The notes under the pieces were generated by a model. That model was not told the origin of the DNA. It did not search any database and saw only the letters and a list, made by a program, of their open reading frames with translations. DNA of 64,000 nucleotides, from NCBI RefSeq assembly GCF_009914755.1, contig NC_060929.1, one strand, 5' to 3'. Below are positions 1-14,440 of the stretch, one piece after another; within the stretch, counting starts at the first letter, position 1, and every line of letters begins with the position of its first letter. The translations under genes were made by a program, and so were the position numbers. The stretch is from the human T2T-CHM13v2.0 reference genome, Homo sapiens.

Positions 1-2530
1 ATTCAAAAACAGTGTAATAACTACGAAAGCTGTAACAAACACTTAATGGGAATATCAGAAGAAAAATAAAGAAAGAAAGGAACAGAAGAAACATCAGAAG
101 CAATAATGACTGAGAATTTCCCCTAATTAATATCAGATACCAAACCACAGATCCAGGAAGCTCAGTGAACACCAAGCAGGGTAAATGCTCAAAAAACTAC
201 CCATAGGCATGTCATATTCAAACTGTAGAAAATAAAAAACAAAGAAAAAATTTTGAAACAAGTGAGGAAAATTATTTACCTATAGAGGACCAAAGATAGG
301 AATTATACCCAGCTTCTTCTCAGGAACCATGCAAACAGTAAAGGAGTAGAGTGAAATATTTTAAAGTGCTGAGAGAGATAGAATAAAACACCAACCAATA
401 ATTCTGCATCCTGCAAAATTATTGTCCAGAAAGTAGAAATAAAGACTTTCTTAGACAAAAATTGAGGGTATTTGTTGCAAGTATACCAGCCTTGCAGGAA
501 ATGATGAAAGAGGAGAGAAGCAAAATGATATAGGCCAGAAACTTGGATCTACATAGAAAGGAAGAACATTAGAGAAGGAATAAGTGAAGGTAAAATAAAA
601 ACTTTTATTTTTCTTATTCTCAATTGATCTAACAGGTAACAATTTATTCAAAATTATAGCAACAATGTATTATTAAGTAATTATAGCTTATGCATAAGTG
701 AAATGCATGACATCAATGACATAAGGAATGAGAGGAAGGAATTATGAATACTTTAGTATAAAGTACTTGTACTACCTGAGAAGCGGTATAATGGATTTGA
801 AAGTGGACCTGAATTCATTGTAAATGTATATTGCAAATTCTAGGACAATCACTAAAAAAAAAAAAAAACTAAAATTAGAAGTATAATGGATTTGCTAAGA
901 AAGAAGAGAAAATGGAATCACGTGAAATACTCAAAACCATAAAAGGCAGAAAAAGAATAGAAGACAAAAATAGGATCAAAGAACAAGGTCTATGAATAGA
1001 AAAGAGTAACAAATACGGTAGATATTAATCCAACTTTATCAAAAATCACTTTGAAAATCAATAGCCTAATACAGTTTACAAGACAGAGATTATCAGAGCG
1101 GATCAAAAAACATTACCCAACTATATCTTTCTACAAAAAAAGTCTACTTTAAATATAAAGGCACATATAGATTAAAAGCTAAGGGCTGGAGAAAGATATG
1201 CCGTGCTAACACTAAGAACACTGGAGTAGCTATCTTCATTTCAAACAGCAGATTTTTAGAGCATGAAAAATTATCCAGGATAAAAAGGGGTATTACATAA
1301 TGATAAAAGGGTTAATTCTCCAAGAAGACATAAAATTGTTTTATTTATGCATCTAGCAAAGGCATCAAAAATATGTGAGTCAAAGATTTATAGAACTGCA
1401 AGGAGAAATAGATGAGTCCACTATTGTAGTTGAAGATTTCAACATTCTTCTATCAGAAAATCAGTAAGGACACAGTTGAAATCAACAATAACATCAATCA
1501 ATTGACTATAATGGACATCTATAGACTATTTCATCCAACAACAGCAGAATACACATTCTCCTCAAACTTAATGAATACTCACCAAGATAGATCCCATTGT
1601 GGTTTATAAAACACACCTTAGCAAATTTGAAAGACCAGAAGTCATACAATGTCTGCTGTCAGGCCACAATGGAATTAAAGTAGACATCAAAAACAGAAAG
1701 GTAGATGAAAAATCTCAAAATATATGCAGATTAAAGAACACTTTTAAATAATACAGTGGTCAAAAAACAAATATCAACAGAAAATTTAAAATATTTTGAA
1801 CTAAATAAAAATACAATTTATTAAAATTTGTGAAATGCTGCAAAAACCACAGTGCTTAAAGAGATATTTATAGCGTTAAATGTGCATATGAGAAGACAAC
1901 AAAAAACTAAAATTAATTTAAGCTTCCACTTTAGGAAATAAGAAAAAGGAGAACAAATTAAATCCAAAATAAGTAAAAAAAAGAAATAACAAAAATAAAG
2001 CAGAAATTAATAAAATTGAAAACAAGAAATCAATAGAGAGCAATGAAACTAAAAGCTGTTTTTTTGAAAAGATCAATAAAATTGACAAGTCTGTAGCCAG
2101 ATGAACTAAGGAAATAGGAGAGATTACTCAAGTTAATAATATCAGAAATGAAAGAAAGGACATCACTACAAATGTCATGTTCATTAAGAGGATAATAAAG
2201 GAGACCAGCCTGGCCAACATGGTGAAACCCCATCTCTACCAAAAATACAAAAATTAGCCGGGCATGGTGGTGTGTGCCTGTAATCCCAGCTACTCGGGGG
2301 CCGAGGCAGGAAAATAGCTTGAACCCAGGAGGGGGAGGTTGCAGGGAGCTAAGATCGCGCCATCGCACTCCAGCCTGGGGGACAAGAGCAAGACTTCATC
2401 TCAATATAAAAAAAAAAAAGAAGAAGAAGAAGATAATAAAGGAATACTCTGAACAACTCTGTGCTCAACTCAAATATTTGATAGCCTATGTGAAATGGAC
2501 TAATTTCTTGAAAGACACAATCTGACAAAC
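1..2530 (+). mobile_element. Old L1 (L1M-type) fragment: ORF1 3' part and ORF2 endonuclease region, interrupted by an Alu
   Basis: A-rich sense strand with decayed L1 motifs (gatccaggaagctcag, acagcagaatacacattc, cacaatggaattaaa); no intact ORF. Confidence 0.8.
2203..2426 (+). mobile_element. 5'-truncated Alu
   Basis: Starts mid left arm (gaccagcctggccaacatggtg), full right arm, A/AAG tail; TSD GATAATAAAGGA at 2191-2202 and 2432-2443. Confidence 0.92.
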
Positions 2531-2644
2531 TGAAACCATCATCAGAATTAAGATTTGTATTAAATATGACCCTTAAAAGTGTAACACTTTTCCTATCGGT
2601 TTCTCATCACAACCTTTGAAAACTAATAGATTTTAGATCTTTAC

Positions 2645-3022
2645 TTAATTTTAATACTTTGATATAATGCCTCTGCAAGTTTTATATGTGGACCCTATTT
2701 CCAAGGCTCCTTTCAATGTTACTGTACTACAGAACAAACCTTCCTAAAGCATTGTTCAGATAATGTCAAAAATCTTTACTGATTTGTCATTGTTTTGTTT
2801 AGCTAATTCTTAGTTTTGTTTATAGTCAAGGTTTTAATTTTAATACTGTGGTTTAATACCTCTGCAATAGTTTCATAAGTGGACTCTATTTCCAAGGCTC
2901 CTCTCAACTTTACTATACCACAAAACAAACCTTCCTAAAAGCATTATTCAGATAATGTCAAAAATCTTTACTGATTTGTTGTTTTGTTTAACTACTTCTT
3001 GGTTGTGTTTATAGTTAAGGTT
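2645..3022. repeat. Diverged direct tandem duplication, 2 x ~190 bp
   Basis: ttaattttaatact at 2645 and 2834; ccaaggctcc at 2701 and 2892; both copies share ttcagataatgtcaaaaatctttactgatttg. Confidence 0.9.
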
Positions 3023-4397
3023 GTAGAGGGGAAATTGTAATAGGATGTCTATTGAGGCTTTTCCTGTTTACCAGGAATTAGTGACTAGGGCACATGCCAC
3101 AATTAACAACAAAATAGCTACATATTTCCATATTCTAGTGACATCTGCTAAAAAGTCGCCAAATGTTGGAGTGAGTCCAGACTGCATATATTTGCTACAA
3201 CCACCTAAAGGACTGGAACCTCGAAGTTAAATAGAGAATTTTTTACCTCTCCTCATTTCCTGTCTCCACCCCCCAAGAGATGACCCAGAGGAAAGACAGG
3301 GAAGAGCAACTAAGGAGGAAACTAAGACTTCTTTCCCACTTCTATTGACTCTTTACAGCCACTGATCTAGCCAGTGATAAGGATCATGAAAACTTTCAAT
3401 CAAATAGGAAATTACAGTTTTAAACCGACCTGGATGTTTAGTAATCAAAATTAACCACAGGGTTTTTAAAATTTGTTAAAAATATTAAGGTATTGTTTTC
3501 AGTTACCCAAACCAAAAACCTAAAAAGAAAAGGCTCCCCCTTTCTCTTTTGCCTCCTCTATCTAAAGGGTCACTAAATTCCTAGGTAATTCTATCATCTA
3601 AATAATAATTCTCCTCATTGCTTCCTTTTTTCCATACTGCCGCTGACGTAATTTAGGTTCCTGTTATCTCTTACTTGACCTATAGTTACTGATCTCCATT
3701 CCTCTAGGGTCAAAACCCTCTCATTCATCATCCACATTGCCAGATAATCGTTTTAGCATGTAACTCTCATTATTTCACTTCTGCACTATTCAAAATTCTT
3801 TGATGACTCCCTGTAACCTCTAAAACCAAAATCCAAAATTGTTCATCTAGAATATGTAGAATATGTCTACCTAGTGATAGGATCCCAACCTATATAGCAT
3901 CTCCTGCTCACACTTTACACTTCAACAATACCGTACGTGAATTGTAGTTTTTCCAAGCTATATTCACTCAAGCCCATGGTCTTCTGTGCGATTTTCTGCA
4001 TTTAGAATGCTCTCTCTTAACATGGGGTAAGCCTATCACTTAAATCTCGTCTCAAGTAGCTTCTCTTCTCTAAATCCTTTCCTGACTTCAAGCTGCCCTA
4101 GGTTTTCTTTTTACAGGTTCCTGTAGTATTTCAGATATACTGCCATTAAAGAGCAATTATCATAGCATATTATAACTACTAACACATTTGACTCAGCACT
4201 AGGCTGTAAGTTCTTTGAAGAGCAGTAACTCTTTTCACTTTCATATTCTCAGTGTCTAGCATGGTGCCTGAAGTGTAGCAGCTGCTGGATGCATGTTTGT
4301 TGAATGCATACATAATGGAAGCTAAAATGTTGAACATATTTTCATATTAATTGAAAAGTGCTATATATTATGATGTTCTTTGATTATTCTTACACAG

Positions 4398-4462
4398 GTG
4401 AAAATGAACAACTAAAAATAAGTGCTGATCTTATAAAAGAGAAGTTAAAGTCTCATGAACAG
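4398..4462 (+). CDS. CCDC152: CCDC152 coding exon (GENEQLKISADLIKEKLKSHEQ)
   Basis: tacacag acceptor, CAG|gtgagt donor, 65 nt; phase joins the next exon; coiled-coil-like K/E-rich peptide. Confidence 0.85.
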
Positions 4463-6483
4463 GTGAGTTTATGTATCATTCTATTCAGTCAAGTCCCTGT
4501 GGAGATTTATCTTTTCAAATTAGGAAAAAAAAAGAGGTTTTTAAATTAATAAACACAGCCAAATGTTTGTGGGTGTGTGTGTGTGTGGAGATATACGTAT
4601 ATATGCCAAAATCTTTAGTAAATGACAATTTGTTTTCAAAGCAATACTAGTTTTAAGAGTTTTTTTTTTTTACAAAATATAATGTACTAACAAATAACTT
4701 GCATTACTTTTTCTTTCTACCAAAAAGAGATGCAGTTATTTTGCTACATAATTTTCAATTATGTTAATAGAGGTTTTACTCTAGTAAACTCTATTTGTTA
4801 CTACTTGTGAACTTTCTTATTATAATGTAAATGAATCTATACTCTTTATGATTTGGGTAATCATTACACCATTCCAATACAGGGGGCATTTCATGTGGAT
4901 CACAAATTATTTCTCTCCCAGGAGCCACCATACCCTCTGCTACTTTTCCTTATCTCCTGTAGGAACAGTGTAGTGACAGCAGTTGTAGAACACATGAACA
5001 GCGTGTAAAAAGCATAAAAGATGCTAAATAAATGTCAGTTCCCTCTGCTCTTTGAGAGGTTCATTATGCTAACTTCCTCATCTCTCAAGAGCTAATATGT
5101 CAAATTCTAGCAGACAAAAGATCCTCAAAACTCAAGTTGAATCTATAGGAGCTTTCAACTTGAAGAATCTTCTCTAAATTCAGTCTGGTTCCTCATCTGA
5201 GGACCCTCTGAAGAAATCTGCCCAGAACTTCTGGTTAATCCTGTACAGTAATAAGTAGCATTCTGGCTATGCTCTTAGAAAATTTAGCTTTTCATCACCA
5301 ATTTTGAGATGGTTTTTAAGTATTTCTGAAATGAATCCTACCCTTTCTCCCCCTTTCTTTTCCTTTTTCCCTTTATTCTTTCCCAATCCTTTTAATATAT
5401 TGACTCTAGATCTCAAAAATAGATGGTAAAGTCAGGTTGTAATTGGGGTGGGGAACCAGGGGGAGAAAATTTGACCTGCTTTCCTTTCTAAAACTTCAAG
5501 CACTAGGATACTGCTTTGTTGAGAATACTACAGGAATGTTCAGAGGGGAAGAAATTAAAGAGAAAACACCACAACCCAAGAGTCTGAATTTCTTACTTAG
5601 GGGCTGCCCAAAGCAAACTATGACAACGCAGATTTGCTAATTCAAAACCTCTGAACACATCTAAAATTCATGGAGAAAACTCCCCAGGAACAAACTCAGG
5701 AGGTACCCAATAGCAGTATTTGTGAGAGTAGAAGGATTTTGCAACTTGTATAGAGAGAATCATTGTTTTTTATATCAAGAGTGAAACTGGAGGCTATTCC
5801 TTGGAATTTAAAATTCCCAGAAAGCATATGAAAAGAAGACAACCAATTGTAACCTATTGGGGATTAGTCTCCTTAGAAAAATGAAAAGATTACATTTTTT
5901 AGGAATGGCACAGGCTAAAGTGGAAGAGAAGATCTAGTGGGATAGAACTTGGCTCAACCCAGATAGAATAGTCTTCATGCCTGGAGGCTGAAATGCAAAT
6001 CCTGGGTCTCACCGAATTAACTGGCAGCATTCCACTTTCCTGGTGACATCTTCCTGTGGCAAAAATCAGTGGAGAATAGAAAGGTACATAGGTTTGTCTC
6101 TTGTGGTTTCTCAGAGCAGCAACAGCTTAGTGCACACAGTTGTCAGGAGTAGTTTATAAAAGCTGCTCTGTAGTTGCCCATCTAGAAATCTAGATATATA
6201 GAAAATGGCAATTTGTGGGATTGCCAGCTGGGTTCACCTGCCCAGTTTTAATTAGAACCGAGAAGTTGAATAGCTTTGTCCATTCCTACAAGTTGCCTGG
6301 CAGGATAAGTAGAACAAACAGGAATCCAGACAAAATCTCTTGAACTGAGATAATATGGAGGAATGTATGCCAATTTTTAATTGTGGGCATAGAAGCCAGT
6401 GTGTCTTGACCTGTTTTAAACTGTTTAACCTCCTCAGTACCATGAAATATCTATTAAAAGCTATGAATCCTCACTGAGAAAAA

Positions 6484-6487
6484 TGCG

Positions 6488-6526
<39 letters not shown>

Positions 6527-6532
6527 ACACAC
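6484..6532. repeat. (GC)6(AC)n compound microsatellite, potential Z-DNA
   Basis: tgcgcgcgcgcgcacacacac... uninterrupted purine-pyrimidine alternation. Confidence 0.9.
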
Positions 6533-7404
6533 AAATAAATACATGTATAATTTTACCTTAAAATTTGGAAGTTGATCAAAAGCCTATTCACTGGCTCTAG
6601 GTTAACAGTTCTGACCTAAATAATTCTTATTGGCACTCCCATTCATTCAAGAAATATATATCAAGATATATGTGTGTGCACATATATACATGTATTTACA
6701 CACAAGGAGTTGGGAACACAATGGTGAGTCCCAGCTGTTAGGTATTAGAGGCTTTTATTGACCTCTTGCCTTTATTATTGCCTTTTTATTACTATCATAC
6801 TTAACTTTTATTCTTCCTGCTTTCCTTTTCTCTTGCCTACATTTTAGGCCTCTGAATAATTTCTTCATGTAGGACCATACCCCCGGTAAAGTTGTAAAAT
6901 TTATCTTCACAATTGTAAAATAACTGTCTTCCATCACCACTCTCAATGCTCCTCTCCCTGTTCTTAGCATAATAAATCACCCCTATCCTTCAACAACCTA
7001 AGAAGCTAATCTCAGGCAGCTGTCAAGCACTTTGCAAATCCCAAACTCATCTTTCTCTCTATGCCTCCTCATAAAGCATACACTTACCATGGGTAATGCT
7101 TAATCTTGCTCTGGGAATTAGGAATATTTATATAATTTTTGGAAACAGAAGTTCAGCTTGCATTCAAAGAGACTCATCTTACATTATAGTAAGCTTGCTA
7201 GCTATTGAACAGTGCCTTTTGTTGGCTCTAATGTATAGTTTTGGCTTATATTGAACATACCTTAATTCTGTAGTGGCATTTATTCATAAAATTAAATATT
7301 TTGAGCATCCTTAATATTCTAAACCCTGGTAATGAGTATCCAGAAAGCAAAGATAAAAAAAGACATTGTTTCTGTAATATCTTTATCTTATCTCCTTGGA
7401 TCAG

Positions 7405-7804
7405 AAATTGATCTTTCTTATGGAATTCATGAAGCAGAGAGTAGAGTGGTGGTTAGGCTGTGGTGGAGGCAGCAATTGGGGAGATGTTGGTGAAAGGATA
7501 AAAAATTTTAGTTGGAAAGGAGGAATAGAATCAGGAGAGCTATTGTACAATTTGGTGATTGTTATCAATAACGATGTATCATATACTTCAAAATTGCTAA
7601 GAGAGTAGTTTTTTAATGTTCTCACCACAAAAAAGTGATAAATATATGAGGCAAATGGATATACCTCACATATTTAACATATATTTAACATATCCATAAT
7701 ATAGATATGTTAATTGGCTTGAGTTTAGGCATTCCACAATGTATACATATATTAAAACATCATGTTGTACATCATAAATATATATAATTTTTAATTTTCA
7801 AATT
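7405..7804 (+). mobile_element. L1MA-like 3' end
   Basis: aaattgctaagagagtag...tgttctcaccacaaaaa...aaacatcatgttgtac typical of L1MA 3'UTR. Confidence 0.75.
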
Positions 7805-7813
7805 AAAATTTAA

Positions 7814-8109
<296 letters not shown>

Positions 8110-8413
8110 AAAAATTTAAATTAAAAAATAAATACTTTATACATACAAAAAATAAAATAAAATGGGTCTATCTCAAAGCTGATTATTCAAACAATGAACA
8201 ATATTTTTCCTTGTAGATATAACTTTTAATTATTAGAAAGGTGAAATTGTTCATTTATATTACATTTATAGTAACTTTTAAAAAAGTAACATAAATGGAG
8301 AATTTTTAAAGTATTTAAAAAGTAATATGAATGGAGAATTTCACCTTTCTAGGAATCAGAAGTTATATACACATATTTAAATTTTAAAAATTAATATATA
8401 TTTTAATCTTTAG

Positions 8414-8516
8414 GAATATAAGAATAATATTGCCAAACTTGTAAGTGAAATGAAAATCAAAGAGGAGGGATATAAGAAAGAAATAAGCAAACTTTATCAG
8501 GACATGCAGAGAAAAG
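8414..8516 (+). CDS. CCDC152: CCDC152 coding exon (EYKNNIAKLVSEMKIKEEGYKKEISKLYQDMQRK)
   Basis: tctttag acceptor, G|gtaagt donor, 103 nt, open and phase-compatible with flanking exons. Confidence 0.88.
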
Positions 8517-8537
8517 GTAAGTTTAAAATAAACTTGC

Positions 8538-11500
8538 TTTTTTGTTATTGATTCAACAGATATAATGTGTGGGTTTGTTACATGGGTATTTTGTATAATG
8601 CTGGTGTTTGGGCTTCTAGTGAACTCATCAATTATATAGTGAACATAACTCGTGGTAGATCATTTTTCAACCCTCACCCCTCCCACCCTCCCTTCTTTTG
8701 GAGTTCCCAGTGTCTATGGTTTCTATCTTTATGTCAATGACTACCCATTGTTTAGCTCCCACTTATAAGTGAGTACATGCAGTATTTGACTTTCTGTTTC
8801 TCAGTTAGTTCACTTAGAATGATGCCCTCCAGCTCCAACCATGTTGGCAAATAATTCAGTTTTATTCTCTTTTACAGCTGCGTAGTATTTCATGGTGTAT
8901 ATATACCACATTTTCTTTATCCAATCCATCATTGATGTGCACTTAGGTTAATTTCATGACTTGCTATTGTGAATAGAACTGTGATAAACATGCAAGTACA
9001 AGTGTCTTTTTGATAAAAACAATTTATTTTCCTTTGGGTAGATACCCAATAGTAGGATTACTGGGTTGAATAGTAATTTTATTTTTAGTTATTTGAGAAA
9101 TCTTTGTAATGTTTTCCATAGGGGTGAAACTAATTTACATTCCCATTAACAGTGCATTATTGTTCCCTTTACTCCACATCCCTGACAACATCTGTTATTT
9201 TTTTGACTTTTTAGTAATACTCATTTTGACTATTAGTCATTTTGACTGGTTTGAGAAGGTATCTTATTGTGGTTTTAACTTGCATTTCTCTGATAATTAG
9301 TAATGTTGAACATTTTTTCATATGCTTGTCAGCTGTGTGTATGTCTTCTTTTGAGAAGTGTCTGTTCAAGTCCTCTTTGCCCACTTTGTAATGGGGTTGT
9401 TTTTGTCTTGTTGATTTGTTTAACTTCTTTGTAGATTCTGAATATTAGTCCTTTGGTGGATATACGGCTTGCAAATATTTTCTCCCATTCTGTAGGTTGT
9501 CTGTTTATGCTGTTGATTGTTTCTTTTGCTGTACAGAAACTCTTTAAATCCGATTTGTCTATTTTTGTTTTTGATGCATTTGCTTTTGAGGTCTTAGTCA
9601 TAAATTCTTTGCCTAGGCCAATGTCCAGAAGAGTTTTTCCTATGTTTTCTTTTAGGATTTTTATAGTTTAAGGTCTTACACTTAAGTCTTTAATCAATCT
9701 TGAGTTAATTTTTGTGTATGGTAAGGGATGGAGGTCCAGTTTAATTCTTTTTCATATGGCTAACCAGTTTTCCCAGCACTGTTTGTTATAATAAATAGGG
9801 AATCTTTTCCTCATTGTTTATTTTTGTAGAATTTTTGAACATTAGTTTGTTGCAGGTGTGTGGCTTTATTTCTGGGTTCTTTATTCTGTTTTACAGATCT
9901 ATGTTTCCATTTTTGTACTAGTACTATGCTGTTTTGGCTATTATAGCCTTGTAGAATAGTTTGAAGTAGGGTAACGTGATGCCTCCATCTTTGTTCTTTT
10001 GCTTAGAATTACTTTGACTATTCAGGCTCTGTTTTGGTTCCATATAAATTTTAAAGCTGCTTTTTCTAATTCTGTGAAAACTTACATTGTTAATTTGATA
10101 GAAATTGAATATGTAGATTGCTTTGGGTAGTATAGTCATTTTGATGATATTGATTCTTCCTATCCATGAGCATGGAATGCTTTTTCATTTGTTTGTGTCA
10201 TCTATGATTTCTATTACCAAACTGTTTTGTTCTCCTTGTAGAGGTTTTTCATCTTCTTTGTTAAATGTATTTCCAGGTAATTTTGTGTGTGTATGGTAAT
10301 TGTTAATGGGATTGAGTTCTTGATTTGGTTCTCAGCTTGAGTGTTGTTGGTTTATAAGAATGTCACTGATTTTGATGCATTCATTTTGTATCCTGAAATT
10401 TTACTGAAGTCATTTGTCAGGTCTAGGGGGAATCTTTAGGGTTTTCTAGGTGTAGAATCTTTTAGATGAATCTTTAGGGCTTTCTAGATGTAGAATCATA
10501 TTATCAGCAAACAGGTAAAATTGGACTTCCCCTTTTCCAATTTGAATGGCTACTATTTATTTCTCTTTCCTGATTGCTCTAGCTACAGACTTTCAGTACT
10601 ATGTTGAATAGGGGTGGTGACAATGGATATCCTTGTTTTGTTCCAGTTCTTAGGGGACATGCTTTCAACTTTTCCCCATTCAGGATGATGTTGGCTGTGA
10701 GTTTGTCATGTATGGCTCTTGTTATTTTGAGGTACGTTCCTTCAATGCCTATTTTTTAGGGTTTTTATTATAAAGGGTGTTGGATTTTACCAAATGCTTT
10801 TTCTGCATATACTGAAATGATAATATAGTTTTTGTTTTTGATTCTGTTTGTGTAGCGAATCACATTTATTGACTTGCATATATCGAACCATCCTTGCATC
10901 CCTGAAATAAGGCCGTTTGATCCTGATGAATTATCTTTTTGAGGTGTTACTGGATTCTGTTTTGTTGGGGATTTTTGAATCTATGTTTATCAGGGATATT
11001 GGCCTGTTGTTTTATTTTTTACTGGGTCCTTGCCAGATTTTGGTATCAGCATGATACTGGTTTCATAGCATGAGTTAGAGAGGCCTCCCTCCTCCTCAAT
11101 TTTTTGGAATAGTTTCAGTAATATTGGTACCAACTCTTCTTTGTACATCTGGTAGAATTTGGCTGGCCTGTAAATACTCTAGTCCTGGGATTTTGTTGTT
11201 GTTGTTGTTGTTGGTATATTTTTTATTATTTATTCAATTTTATAACACATTAATGGCCCATTTAGAATTTCAGTTTCTTCCTGGTTCAATCTCTGGAGGT
11301 TGTATGTTTCCAGGAATTTTTCCATTTGCTCTAGATTTTCTAGTTTGTGCACATAGAAATGTTCATAGTAGTCACTGAAGATCTTTTGTATTTCTGTGGT
11401 ATTAGTTGTAATGTCAACTTTATCATTTCTGATTGTGCTTATTTGGAAACTTCTGTTTCTCTCTGTTTTTCTTGGTTAATCTAGCAAGTGATCTATCACT

Positions 11501-14345
11501 TTTGTTTGTCCTTTCAAAAAACCCAGTTTTTGTCTCATTGATCCTTTGTATGGATTTTTGGAGTTTTGTTTTCATCTCATTTTCACTTAGTTCTTCTCTG
11601 ATCTTTTGTTATTTCTTTTCTTCTGCTACCTTTGAGTTTGGTTTGTTCTTGTTTTTCTGGCTCATTTAGGTGCAACGTTGGGTTGTTAATGTTACATCTG
11701 TCTTCCTCAGGTAGGCATTTAGTGCTATAAACTTTTCTCCTAATACTACTTTTCTGTATCCTAGAGGTTTTGGTATGTTATGACTGCATTTTCTTTTGTT
11801 TCAAAATAAGTTTTCATTTCTGTTTTTTTTGTTGTTGTTTTTTACCTAAAAGTCAACCAGGAGCAAGTTGTTTGGTTTCTATGTATTTGTGTGGTTTTGC
11901 AAGTTCCTTTTGGTATGGATTTCTGATTTTATTCCATTATGGTCCACATATACGTTTGATATAATTTTATTTAAAAAATTATTGAGACTTGTTTTATGAT
12001 CAGGCATATGGTCAATTTTAGACAATGTTCTATGCACAGATGAGAAAAAATGTATATTCTGCAGTTGTTGAGTGGAATGTTCTGTAGATGTCTATTAGGT
12101 TCATTTGGTCAAAAGTCCAATTAAAGTCCAGAGTTTCTTTATTATTTTTCAGCCTCCATGATCCAGTAGACTGGTCTCCAAGCTTTTAAATTATTCCTTC
12201 TGCTTGGTCTAGTCTGTTGCTAAAACTCTCAACTATATTTTAAAATTCCTTTAGTGAATTTTTTAATTCCAGAAGTTTTTGTTTTGTTTTGCTTTTTAAA
12301 ATGTAGCTACCTCCTCTTTTATATCCTGAATCATTTTCTTGGTTTCTCTGTGTTGGTTTTCAACTTTCTCTTGATCTCTTTGAGTTGCCTTGCAATCCAT
12401 ATTTTGAATTCTTTATCTGTCAATGGGGCATTGACAACCCCACTACTATTGTACAGCTGTCTATCTATTTTCTTAGGTTTAATAATATTTGTTTTATAAA
12501 TCTGGGTGTTCCAGTGTTGGGCACAGTTAAATCACTTGTTAAGTCTTTTTGTTGAATTGAAGACTTTATCATTATATAATAGTAGTTAGGTAATTATATA
12601 GTAGTTAGGTAATTGCTGAATTGAAGCCTTTATCATTATATAATGCCCTTCTTTGTCTTTTTTACTGTTGTTGGTTTAAAGTCTGTTTTAATTGATACAA
12701 GAATATCAACCCCTGTTCTTTTTCATTTTCTATTTGCATGGTAGATCTTTCGTCACCCCTTTACTTTGAACCTATGGTGTCATTACACATAGGATGGGTC
12801 TCTTGAAGTCAATAGATGGTTGAGTCTTGCTTTGTTAACCCAATTTGCCAATCTGTGTATTTTAAGTGGAACATTTAGGCTGTTTATGATTAATATTTAT
12901 ATGTGGCATTTTGTTCCCTTTAGAGTGTTGTTAGTGAGCTTTATAGTCTCAGTTGTTTGTTTTATAGGATCTGTGAACTTTGTACTTCTGCGTGCTTTTA
13001 TGATAGCAAGTATTGTCCTTTTGTTTCCATGTTTAAAACTCCTTTGAGCATTTCTTGTAGGTCTGGTCTGGTGATGATGAATACCTTTAGCACTTACTTA
13101 TTTGGAAAAAAACTTTATTTCTCCTTCCTTGTTTGGTGGATATAAAATTCTTGGATGGCATTTTTTTTTTTCTTTAAGAAAGCTAAAAAGAGGACCTCAG
13201 TTTCTTCTGGCTTGTAAGGCTTCTGTAAGAAGTCTGCCATATAATCATTAGACTATTTAAGGTCAATGCCAAAAAAAAAACAAAAAACCCTCAAAGGCAG
13301 CTAGAGAAAATAGCCAAATTACCTATAAATGAAATCCAATCAGGCTAACATAGTAGACTTCTTACAGAAGCCTTACAAACCAGAAGAGACTGAGGTCCTC
13401 TTTTTAGCCTTCTGAACTCAAACTCACAACCTCAGGTAAACTGCCTGCCTTGGCCTCCCAAAGTGCTGGGATTACAGGCATGAGCCACCGTGCCTGGTCC
13501 TTCATCTGTATGTCTCTGGGATAGTAACTGTCCAAATATTTTTGCCATTTGCTTGTTGAATTGTTTGACTTCTTCTTACTGAATTCTTAGTGTTCTTTAT
13601 ATATTTTTGGATATAAATCCTTTATCAAATATCCATCTGCAAGTCTATGGATTGTCTTTTCATTTTCTTAACAGTATTAAAGAATATAAATTAATAACTT
13701 TGATGAAGTCCAATTTATAACTTTTGCCTTTATTGTTTGTGCTTTTTGTTGCTTTCCAAGAAGTTGTGCCTACATGGTCCTGTAGCTTCCCATGGACCTG
13801 CAGGTTCCCCGTACTTGCCAAACTCAGAGCAGCTTGTGGGGTATATTTGCAGGGGATTTGGTGGTATGGTAATGCAAAGACAGAGATCCCTTGGGCAGCA
13901 GCAGTGGCCCACGACAGGTACACAGCCAGTACAGCACCCACCATCTCAGTTCAGGCCTGAGGCATACGCAGGCATGCCTGCATGAGCTAGCCACCTGGTT
14001 TTCTTTCCTCAGGAAGTTCCTAAATGACCACCAACAGTATTGCCCAGTGTCACAAGGGCAGACGACCTCCTTAGTAGTTTGGCAGTCAGCAGATTGTTGC
14101 AGGAGTGAGGAAAGACAAGAAGCACCCTCACTTACCCTTTCTGCAGGGCTCTGAGTTCCTTTGGTGTTGATCTCTGCTAGAGTCTTGCTGCCTTCATTTT
14201 CTGCACTTTGGCTTCTTCCTGTGGGCTCTCTGACAGGTCCTGGCTCTCTTCCCTCAGTTTTCCTTTCAGAACATGTCCATTCACAAGTAACTTTGATCTC
14301 TTTGAGAAGAACTAGCATCCAACATTCCTAGACAGCCATGTTGGC
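8538..14345 (-). mobile_element. Rearranged near-full-length L1 (L1MA/L1PB-age): 3'UTR, ORF2, displaced ORF1 pieces and a putative 5'UTR (13773-14345)
   Basis: Minus-strand ORF2 peptides in track ([25 protein letters not shown]); L1 3'UTR at ~8540-8900; minus strand at 14345 begins CCAACATGGCTG, resembling the L1 5' CAAGATGGC motif. Confidence 0.8.
13412..13772 (-). repeat. Inverted copy of 14856-15217 (L1ME fragment plus Alu left arm)
   Basis: Reverse complement aligns along the whole length; ORF track shows twin peptides GTTSWKATKSTNNKGKS..LILLRK on opposite strands. Confidence 0.92.
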
Positions 14346-14440
14346 CAGGGTGGTCTCGAATTCCCAACCTCAAGTAATCCACCTGCCTTGGCCTCCCAAA
14401 GTGCTGAGACTACAGGCATGAGCCACTGCACCTAGCCCCT
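14336..14440 (-). mobile_element. Alu left-arm fragment
   Basis: ccatgttggccagggtggtctcgaa...gcctcccaaagtgctg...gagccactgcacctagcc. Confidence 0.85.

Noticed and set aside
2030-2525. Alu-derived ORFs here and at many other Alus
   Set aside because: Standard Alu translations without splice or coding support
13824-14318. 164-aa ORF and GC-richer island suggesting a processed pseudogene
   Set aside because: No recognisable protein; better explained as L1 5'UTR sequence
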